Positions 56,760-64,000 of a DNA stretch of 64,000 nt are shown piece after piece. The DNA lies in the NCBI GenBank assembly GCA_041483895.1, contig JBGPGO010000002.1, positions 1 through 64,000 of the forward strand. The letters are read 5' to 3'. Within the stretch, counting starts at the first letter, position 1. Each line of letters starts with the position of its first letter. The notes beneath the pieces are model-generated. The model was not told the origin of the DNA, searched no databases, and saw only the letters and a program-made list of their open reading frames with translations. The position numbers were made by a program, and so were the translations under genes. The stretch is from Fimbriimonadia bacterium. Its GTDB lineage: Bacteria; Armatimonadota; Fimbriimonadia; Fimbriimonadales; JABRVX01.

Positions 56760-59700
56760 TCACTTGCCGGTTAGTCGTTTTGCGGCTCTAACATATAGCT
56801 CAAGGATGAGACCGTCCACCCTGGCTATCGGACCTTCAACGGTAAAGGATCCAACCTCGTGCGATCCGTCGAACGGATATTTGTCCAGAAACGCCTTGAT
56901 GGTGATATGTTTGCCCGAGACCTGATAGCGCCCCGCAAGGCGATATGTCCCGGGAGCGGTGGTCGTCTCCCAATAGGCGATCGGGCTGTCGGAGCCCCGC
57001 GTGGTTCGCTCCCACAAGACGGCCTCCATCTTCTCGGTCAGGCGCTGCGGATCGCCAGGTCGGCCTGTTAGTTGGAAGTCCGGCTTGACAAGCGCGGGCC
57101 GCGGAAGGGTGAGGCGAATGCTTGATCGGTCCTCCTCGGCCAGCACACCAATTGGGAAGTCTTGTCCCTTCTCCTCAAACACCTGTGGCTGTTGCACGCA
57201 ATGGATCTCGCCGGCGATTTTGGGAACCTCACTCTGAGCGTATGCGAACAGGGCCCCAACGCTGACGCGGTCGCCGCGAAGCGCGGCTCCGCTCTTCATG
57301 CCCTGCAAGAGACTGTACGTGAGGAGGCCTTGGTTGAACCGGGATGCCTCGTAGCTGGATCGGTCTTTCGAGCATCCAAGCAATACGTGAAAACCCGTCG
57401 AATTCTGCAACTCCGCCAGAGCGCGGATTAACTCCGTAGGCCTGTCGCGCGGAGCCGTGATATCGACCGCCGCTCCGGCCCCGCAGGTGTCCAGGATGAT
57501 GGCCCTCTTGTTGGCAGGCACCTCTTTCACCCATTCCCACAGGTCCTCATCGGTGATGGCAGTGGCTTCGCGAACGGCAGGAATCGATAGATCGGATCCC
57601 GTCGCTTCCATCGTCAGGTACGCGTAAATGTCGAGGGGTCCCTTCTTGTATGTAACCCCATGACCGGCAAGGTAGACAAGCAGCACGTCGCCCGGCTTTG
57701 CCTTCCTCGCCGATTCGAACGCCTGACGAATGCTGTTCCTGGTCGGGGGCTGGGCGGTCACATGAAACTGCTGGAATGAGGCCCGCTGCTTGGCATCCGG
57801 CGCGCAATCGGTAAGCAGGCTGAGGTGGGTTCTCTCCACTCCGAATGGCCTCTTCGCGCCGATCAGCAGCGCCTGAGCGTAGTCCGCCGCGTCCTTTCCC
57901 GAAAAGCGCAGGCGCAAGGACGGCGAGGCGTAGTCGCAAGTACCCACCACGATTGCATAAAGCTCCGTCGGCGCCGATTCCATTGGATTGGATGGTGGGG
58001 CCACCGCCTTGACACCGCGGCTGACGAGGTATCCTTCTTTGTTCTCCACCTTCACTTCGATCACATTCTCTTGATCGTTATAGAAATGGCTTCGGTATGA
58101 AGTTAGATCGATATTCAGTAAGGCGTCGTTGGCATCCGGATTGACCCGCGGTCCTCGTGCGTCCGCCTCCATCATGGTGCCGTTGACAAAGATGTGTACT
58201 TTGCCGATCCCCCCACCCTGGTTCGTGAGAGATATGCGAGCGTTGGAGTTGCCGTCGGTTAGCTGGACGGTCACGGCCGGATAGAGCTTTAAGTCACAGT
58301 TTTTGCACGGAACCGGAGGCAGCTTCTCGTGCTTCGATATTTTGGAGAGCAGACCGGGAAGGAAATAGTAACGGCGTAACTGGTCAAGCTCGACGGGCTC
58401 CATACCGATCACCCAGTGAAGACCATCGACACGCCCGTTATTGCTGCCGTCATATCGGCCTTCGAGGTCCACAACTGCCCACGTTCCGTCGGTGAAACTG
58501 ACCGACTTGCAGAGTTCCTTGCCGCTTGCGGCGTCCCATAGACGGGCCGTTTTGTCGTAGCTCGCCGTGAGCACCTGCCTCCCGTTGGGTGAGAACACTG
58601 CCGAACTGACCCCGTTTGTATGCCCTTCGAATCGCCGCACCTCCTTCCCCGTTTCGACATCCCAGAGACGGGCCGTTTTGTCCCGACTCGCCGTCAACAC
58701 GTGCCTACCGTCGGGCGAGAACACTGCCGAGTAGATCGCATCTGTATGTCCATCAAATCGCCTCACCACCTTCCCCGTCTCTGCATCCCATAGACGGGCT
58801 ATGTTGTCTCCGTCGAAACTCGCTGTGAGAACGCGGCTACCATCGCGCGAGAACACTGCCGAGGTGACTTGACTTGCGGGTCCCTCGAACCGTCGCACTT
58901 CCTTACCTGTCTTAGCATCCCATAGACGGGCCGTTCTGTCTCCACTTGCCGTGAGCACGTGCCTGCCGTCGGGCGAGAACACCGCCGAGAAGACCCAGAG
59001 TGTGTGCCCTACGAACCGCCGCACCTCCTTACCTGATTCAACATCCCAGAGGCGCGCTGTTTTGTCGTAGCTCGCCGTGAGCACGCGCCTACCATCGGGC
59101 GAGAACACCGCCGATTCGACTTGACTTGCGTGTCCTTCGAACCGCCGCACCTCCTTGCCAGTTTCGGCATCCCATAGACGGGCCGTATTGTCGTAACTTG
59201 CCGTGAGCACGTGCTTGCCGTCGGGCGAGAAGATTGCCGAGTGGACCCTATCTGTGTGCCCCTCGAACCGCCGCACCTCCTTCCCCGTCCTGATATCCCA
59301 TAAGCGAGCGGTCTTATCCCCCGCCGCCAGCATATACCGGCCATCCGATGAGAACACGGCTGAGTTGACTTGACTTGCATGCCCTTCGAACTGCCGCAGC
59401 TCCTTGGCTGTTTCGGCATCCCATAGACGGGCTGTGTTGTCCCAACTCGCGGTCAGCACGTGCCTACCGTCGCGCGAGAACACCGCCGAGTTGACCATAT
59501 CTGTGTGCCCTTCGAACCGCCGCAGCTCCTTTCCTGTTTCGGAATCCCATAGACGGGCCGTTCTGTCATGGCTCGCGGTCAGCACGTGCTTACCGTTGGG
59601 CGAGAAGACCGCCGACTTGACCCGATCCTTGTGCCCTTCGAATCGCCGCAGCTCCTTCCCTGTTTCGGTATCCCACAGACGGGCCGTCTTGTCGGTGCTA

Positions 59701-60350
59701 GCCGTCAGTACGTATTTTCCGTCGGGCGAGAACACTGCCGACTGGACCAAATCTGTGTGCCCTTGGAATCGCCGCAGCTCCTTACCCGTCTCTGCATCCC
59801 ATAGACATGCCGTATTGTCGTAACTCGCCGTGAGCACGTACTTACTGTCAGGTGAGAATACGGCTGAGTTGACCAAATCTGTGTGCCCTTCGAACCGCCG
59901 CAACTCCTTTCCTGTTTCGGCATCCCAGAGGCGCGCTGTCTTGTCTTCGCTCGCCGTGAGCACGTACCTACCGTCCGGCGAGAACACAGCCGAGTAGACC
60001 CAGCTTGTGTGCCCTTCGAACCGCCGCACTTCCTTACCCGTCTCTGCATCCCATAGACGGGCCGTTTTGTCACCACTCGCCGTAAGCACGCGCTTGGAGT
60101 CGCGCGAGAACACTGCCGAGCTGACCCCACCTGTATGTCCTTCGAGCCGCCGCACTTCCTTACCCGTCTCTGCATCCCACAGACATGCCGTCTGGTCTTG
60201 GCTCGCGGTCAGCACGTATCTTCCGTCGGGTGAGAACACGGCAGTGTTTACGCCTATGTGACCTGTCTGCACTACTAATCGCGGCACATCTGTCTGGGCT
60301 AAGGCCGACGCTGCCGCGAAGCCGAGCAGCAGCAGCGCGAGTTGCTTCAT
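56760..60350 (-). CDS. WD40-repeat (14x) plus caspase-like (C14) protein
   Basis: Signal peptide MKQLALLLLGFAAASALA (alternative GTG start at 60416); 14 WD40 repeats; LAGHG and ILDTC dyad. Confidence 0.9.
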   Translation of the reverse strand: MKQLALLLLGFAAASALAQTDVPRLVVQTGHIGVNTAVFSPDGRYVLTASQDQTACLWDAETGKEVRRLEGHTGGVSSAVFSRDSKRVLTASGDKTARLWDAETGKEVRRFEGHTSWVYSAVFSPDGRYVLTASEDKTARLWDAETGKELRRFEGHTDLVNSAVFSPDSKYVLTASYDNTACLWDAETGKELRRFQGHTDLVQSAVFSPDGKYVLTASTDKTARLWDTETGKELRRFEGHKDRVKSAVFSPNGKHVLTASHDRTARLWDSETGKELRRFEGHTDMVNSAVFSRDGRHVLTASWDNTARLWDAETAKELRQFEGHASQVNSAVFSSDGRYMLAAGDKTARLWDIRTGKEVRRFEGHTDRVHSAIFSPDGKHVLTASYDNTARLWDAETGKEVRRFEGHASQVESAVFSPDGRRVLTASYDKTARLWDVESGKEVRRFVGHTLWVFSAVFSPDGRHVLTASGDRTARLWDAKTGKEVRRFEGPASQVTSAVFSRDGSRVLTASFDGDNIARLWDAETGKVVRRFDGHTDAIYSAVFSPDGRHVLTASRDKTARLWDVETGKEVRRFEGHTNGVSSAVFSPNGRQVLTASYDKTARLWDAASGKELCKSVSFTDGTWAVVDLEGRYDGSNNGRVDGLHWVIGMEPVELDQLRRYYFLPGLLSKISKHEKLPPVPCKNCDLKLYPAVTVQLTDGNSNARISLTNQGGGIGKVHIFVNGTMMEADARGPRVNPDANDALLNIDLTSYRSHFYNDQENVIEVKVENKEGYLVSRGVKAVAPPSNPMESAPTELYAIVVGTCDYASPSLRLRFSGKDAADYAQALLIGAKRPFGVERTHLSLLTDCAPDAKQRASFQQFHVTAQPPTRNSIRQAFESARKAKPGDVLLVYLAGHGVTYKKGPLDIYAYLTMEATGSDLSIPAVREATAITDEDLWEWVKEVPANKRAIILDTCGAGAAVDITAPRDRPTELIRALAELQNSTGFHVLLGCSKDRSSYEASRFNQGLLTYSLLQGMKSGAALRGDRVSVGALFAYAQSEVPKIAGEIHCVQQPQVFEEKGQDFPIGVLAEEDRSSIRLTLPRPALVKPDFQLTGRPGDPQRLTEKMEAVLWERTTRGSDSPIAYWETTTAPGTYRLAGRYQVSGKHITIKAFLDKYPFDGSHEVGSFTVEGPIARVDGLILELYVRAAKRLTGK
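58520..60260 (-). repeat. ~126-bp tandem near-identical WD40-coding repeats
   Basis: Recurring GCATCCCATAGACGGGCCG...GCCGTGAGCACG...GAGAACAC.GCCGA...CCTTCGAACCGCCGCA. Confidence 0.9.
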
Positions 60351-60829
60351 CGGTGCCTCCACGCTTTGCCAAACCATTTGTCCAACTCGTAAACGATTCC
60401 ATGCGTGACCCTTCACATCGTTCCTCCTCTTTAATAACCGAACGTCATCGACCGGAAGTAGCAGGATTGTGGCTTCTTCATCAGATTGCCGCCGGACCCT
60501 TCCCCCGCACGCCCTGCAATCGCTTCGGCCCCTCGACGATGCCGACCAACGTGAGGTGAGCATCAAAGAAGTACCCGAAGTGAACCACTGTACCCTATCA
60601 TACTTGTTGCGCCGTTCCGGGCATGCGTCTGCTTTCCGGCATACCCATGTAGGGGAAATACTCACTGGTTGGAGTCGGTCAGAGGGAAGGAGGTCACACA
60701 TAGGGAGGATATCGCGACTTTAGTCCGCATTAGGAGCAAATAGCCATGCGGTCCTTTTTTCCGAACCATCGATAATGCCGCCCGGGTTCGGTGCGCCGGT
60801 GAACCTCTCACCCAAGGGACCTGGGCGAT

Positions 60830-61075
60830 CTATGCTAGCTCAGATAAAAGCCTTGTCGCCCGTCCCTGCAGGTCCTCCCGGGCGTCATCATAGATCATCA
60901 GCGTCGCAAGCTTGGAATGGCGGCTGAACTTCTGTGCCCCACGCACGTCGCCGTTTGTGGCGTGCAGGTAGGCAGTGATGCTCGTTTGCCTCAACTTGTG
61001 AGGGCTGAAGTTCTGGATCCCGGCCATGATACGGAGGAAGCGTTTTTGAACAAACCGCTCGGTTCGCGTTTTCAA
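60830..61075 (-). pseudogene. Tyrosine recombinase/integrase C-terminal remnant
   Basis: SPHKLRQTSIT...GDVRGAQKFSRHSKLATLMIYD (HxxR, H, catalytic Y); N-terminal domains absent; abuts the tRNA 3' end. Confidence 0.85.
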
Positions 61076-61081
61076 GAGGAT

Positions 61082-61157
61082 TGGTACACCCGCAGGGACT
61101 CGAACCCTGGACCCACTGATTAAGAGTCAGTTGCTCTACCAACTGAGCTACGGGTGC
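61082..61157 (-). tRNA. tRNA-Lys(CTT)
   Basis: GCACCCGTAGCTCAGTTGGTAGAGCAACTGACT-CTT-AATCAGTGGGTCCAGGGTTCGAGTCCCTGCGGGTGTACCA; 76 nt with encoded CCA. Confidence 0.97.
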
Positions 61158-61241
61158 ACCGTGGAGGCCGATTATGGCCCGAGGGAGCGTGGCCCGTCAA
61201 GGCCGGCAGGACCCCGTAGGCCGCAGTGGAAGGGTATTCCC

Positions 61242-62945
61242 ATGAAAGCCTGCCAAGCCGTCCTCGGCCTGTGTGCCCTCGTTTCGGTGGGTTTCGCCCA
61301 GGCTCCATCCACCTGGCCAGCGGCAGAGTACAAACGGTACGTCGAGCTCAACGGCAAGTTCGGGCAGCCAAAGCTGCAGGTGATTGCCAAGACCGCAATG
61401 ATAGCGGCAACCACCGGCCCCCTCGCCATCCATTCCGGCCTCAAAGTGTTGGAGATGGGCGGCAGCGCAGTTGATGCCGCCGCCGCGATAAGCCTCGCGC
61501 AGATCGTCCTCAGCGGCGGGTCATGGAACAGCTTCGCCGGCATCTTCAACATGGTCTATTACGACGCGAAGACCAAAAAGGTGTACTGCCTGAACGCGGG
61601 ATACGACACGTTCAAAGAGGAGACTGAGCCGCTGACGATCCCAGCCAAAGGCAAACCCAGTGGGCGCACGGCGATGGTGCCCGGCTACATCGCTGGCGTC
61701 ACGGAAGCACAGAAGCGATTCGGAAAACTGACGCGAGAAACGGTGTTTGCCGCCGCCATCGATCTCGCCGAAAAGGGAATTCCGGTTGACTACGCGCTTG
61801 ACTTGATCATCAATAGCCGCAAGGATGTAATCACGAGGCTGCCGGAAATGAAGGCCATATTGACCAAACCAGATGGAAGTTTCTACAAGCTCGGGGAGAC
61901 GTTCAAACAGACGGACCTCGCGAGCACATTGCGGAAGGTTGCGGCGCTAGGTCCCGACTACATTTACAAGGGTGCGTGGGCGAAGAAGTTTGTCAGCACT
62001 ATCAAGCGGGAGGGCGGCAAGGCCACGCTGGAAGACCTGAGCAGCTACAAGGCAACATGGTCCGAGCCGTTGCACGCAAAGCTGAACGGTGCGGATGTGT
62101 ACACGGTAGGGATACTAGAGCTGGGAGGCGTCCAGTTGGTGGAGGCGCTGAATCTGGTGGAGGCGGATCACCTATCGCAAAAAGGATCGCCCACCAGCTC
62201 GGCACGGGCGCTGTTCGATCTGATCCAGATTGGCCGAATCGGGCACATCAACAGTTACCTGATGTCAACGCCGTATACGGACGCCGCATTTGAAAACCGC
62301 GTCAAGCCGGAGGCAGCGATACAGACGTTGAAGAAACTGAAGCAGCCGAAAACGGTCGGCGCCATCAAGGTCGGGAATCATTCCGACGGAATTGTCGTCG
62401 TGGACAAAGACGGCAATATCGCGGCCCTCGTTCACTCCAGCAACGATATCAGTTGGGGGACAACCGGCATCTTTGTCGATGGCATTTCCATCCCCGACTC
62501 GGCCTCCTTCCAGCAGGATTTCGTGCTAAAGGCGGGTCCTGGAAAGCGGTTTCCCAATCGCACGAATCCAACGATTGTGCTGCGCGACGGCAAGCCGGTT
62601 CTCGCCTGCAGCGCCGTCGGCGCGGGCCTGCACGAAACGATGCTGCAGGGTCTCGTCTATTGCCTTCTATATGGAAAAGACCCGAAGGCCACGATAGACA
62701 GCCCCACGTATTGGCTGCCCGACTTTACGGGGAAAGGCTTCGAGTATCAGACGGTGAATAAGGGCGCTTTCCCGGCAGATGTATTGGAGTCGGTCCGCAA
62801 GATGGGCCAGCAGGTGTTGGAGATTGAGCCGAAGCAAGGCTTTTCGCTGATTGGGTACTGGATCGGCGTCCAGCTTGATCCGGCGACGCGGGAGCTCAAG
62901 GGCGCGGTCAACCCGATTCTCAATGGGATCGTCGAAGGCTACTAG
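61242..62945 (+). CDS. Gamma-glutamyltransferase family Ntn-hydrolase (secreted)
   Basis: GGSAVDAAAA, MVPG, AIDLAEKG, VVVDKDGN, PGKR. Confidence 0.85.
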   Translation: MKACQAVLGLCALVSVGFAQAPSTWPAAEYKRYVELNGKFGQPKLQVIAKTAMIAATTGPLAIHSGLKVLEMGGSAVDAAAAISLAQIVLSGGSWNSFAGIFNMVYYDAKTKKVYCLNAGYDTFKEETEPLTIPAKGKPSGRTAMVPGYIAGVTEAQKRFGKLTRETVFAAAIDLAEKGIPVDYALDLIINSRKDVITRLPEMKAILTKPDGSFYKLGETFKQTDLASTLRKVAALGPDYIYKGAWAKKFVSTIKREGGKATLEDLSSYKATWSEPLHAKLNGADVYTVGILELGGVQLVEALNLVEADHLSQKGSPTSSARALFDLIQIGRIGHINSYLMSTPYTDAAFENRVKPEAAIQTLKKLKQPKTVGAIKVGNHSDGIVVVDKDGNIAALVHSSNDISWGTTGIFVDGISIPDSASFQQDFVLKAGPGKRFPNRTNPTIVLRDGKPVLACSAVGAGLHETMLQGLVYCLLYGKDPKATIDSPTYWLPDFTGKGFEYQTVNKGAFPADVLESVRKMGQQVLEIEPKQGFSLIGYWIGVQLDPATRELKGAVNPILNGIVEGY

Positions 62946-62995
62946 AGACACATCGTACTAAGTCGCTAAATTACCCGCAACGATAACCGGCGGAT

Positions 62996-63011
62996 TGGCA
63001 CGCCATGTGCA
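62996..63011 (+). promoter_or_regulatory. Sigma-54 (-24/-12) promoter
   Basis: TGGCACGCCATGTGCA has GG-N10-GC spacing and lies upstream of the PEP-CTERM gene. Confidence 0.65.
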
Positions 63012-63083
63012 TCTCACCCCATGCCCGGCGTGGGCTTGGGAAGGCCATGCCGCAGCATAAGCCATTCGATGAGGTGCTATCCC

Positions 63084-63893
63084 GTGCTCAAAACATACCC
63101 CGTGCTCACGGGAGTCTGCTTGCTGGCAATATCAGCGCATGCGGCTCCATTCAAAGCTCAAAACGTCATCGTTTCTGAATCCACGCTGGTCCGACACCTG
63201 GACTCCATGGGCTTTCAAGGCTCGTCCGCTGTCATGACCTCCAATCACATCGGTCGAATTAATAACTCGGTCCTCTATGGGCCGGACGGCGCGTTCGGTT
63301 GGTCGGACAACATTGCGAGGGACATGGATGCCAACGCCAACAAATATGAGATCAATCCCGATTGCGCCGACGTCTCCGAGCCATATCTCAATGAAGCCTT
63401 CGCGCAAGGGACGCTGCAAGAGGTGTTTGGACAGAAAAACCTCAACCATCTGATGGATAGCGAAGGTTCGCGCCGCTGGTCCATGGACATGTTCTTCGAC
63501 GGCTTCTCGCTTGCATACGATAACGACCGTAGCTCCGTCGAGCTCGCGTTGTTCGAGCGCGGAATGAACAGCGACATCTTCGTTCGCGGCATCTATCGCG
63601 ACGGGGACGCTCTCGGCTACACGAGCGGGATTCTGATCACTCGCGACATGTATGGCGACGCCAACTTCGCGCTCGATACGTTGGAGATTGGGAATGCGCA
63701 GGAGATCGGCGCAGTGGGTCTTGACATCTTGGACCTGGGGATCGCTCCGTCAAATCTGATCGGCGTGGAGCTGATCGCCGAGCCCGGCTACAACGGTCCG
63801 GACATCGTAAACATCGGCGTCGTTCCGGAGCCGGCATCGGTGGCGGGCATCCTTCTCGGGGCCGTCGCCCTTCTGATCCGACGCAAGAGATAA
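63084..63893 (+). CDS. PEP-CTERM exosortase-target surface protein
   Basis: SD GAGGTG, signal peptide, C-terminal VPEPASVAGILLGAVALLIRRKR. Confidence 0.88.
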   Translation: MLKTYPVLTGVCLLAISAHAAPFKAQNVIVSESTLVRHLDSMGFQGSSAVMTSNHIGRINNSVLYGPDGAFGWSDNIARDMDANANKYEINPDCADVSEPYLNEAFAQGTLQEVFGQKNLNHLMDSEGSRRWSMDMFFDGFSLAYDNDRSSVELALFERGMNSDIFVRGIYRDGDALGYTSGILITRDMYGDANFALDTLEIGNAQEIGAVGLDILDLGIAPSNLIGVELIAEPGYNGPDIVNIGVVPEPASVAGILLGAVALLIRRKR

Positions 63894-63908
63894 TTGGCGA
63901 TCTGTCGT

Positions 63909-63972
63909 CCCTTCACAGTGCGACTGTGAAGGGTCGTAAAAAAAGTTGGCCGGTCCGTACAGGACCGGCCAA
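63909..63972. terminator. Two hairpins flanking an A-tract (terminators for convergent genes)
   Basis: CCCTTCACAGT-GCG-ACTGTGAAGGG, then A7, then TTGGCCGGTCC-GTACA-GGACCGGCCAA. Confidence 0.65.
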
Positions 63973-64000
63973 GAGTAACAACCCGATTTCCTAACGGAAA

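Larger units (their letters stand above)
51841..61081. mobile_element. Putative tRNA-Lys-anchored genomic island with dif-like modular cargo
   Basis: Integrase remnant at the tRNA 3' end, accessory cargo and repeated dif-like sites. Left boundary uncertain; no att duplication seen. Confidence 0.6.

Noticed and set aside
58520..60260. Regular tandem repeats as a possible CRISPR array or DGR
   Set aside because: 126-bp in-frame WD40 units without unique spacers; no cas or reverse transcriptase genes in the window.

Overview
GC-rich bacterial chromosome segment. The gene repertoire (DUF1559-type prepilin protein, PEP-CTERM protein, dockerin/EF-hand-tailed secreted protein, DUF1549/DUF1553 plus DUF1501 pair) suggests an Armatimonadota-like organism; this is inference. 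Housekeeping content: lysS (partial), greA, an ECF sigma/anti-sigma pair, panD, a ccmABC(D)EF cluster, an aminotransferase-rnc-zinc ribbon-rnhA run, an ArgR-led arginine operon, queCE, GH63-like and GH38 glycosidases, argG, tRNA-Lys(CTT), a GGT-family protein and a PEP-CTERM protein. Main observations: (1) a ~9 kb island next to tRNA-Lys and a tyrosine-recombinase remnant, whose three cargo modules are separated by 28-bp dif-like sites (11-6-11); (2) a DUF1611/DgcN-like gene in the arg operon where argA/argJ is missing; (3) an mrr cassette bracketed by a 41-bp duplication of the mannosidase 5' end; (4) REP-like palindromes, some inserted in-frame in ccmA, argG and the DUF1549 gene; (5) small genes missing from the ORF track (CcmD-like, mini-prepilin), an amber-interrupted hicA, and a probable ATA start for lysS. 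All calls come from reading motifs by eye; no database searches were run.
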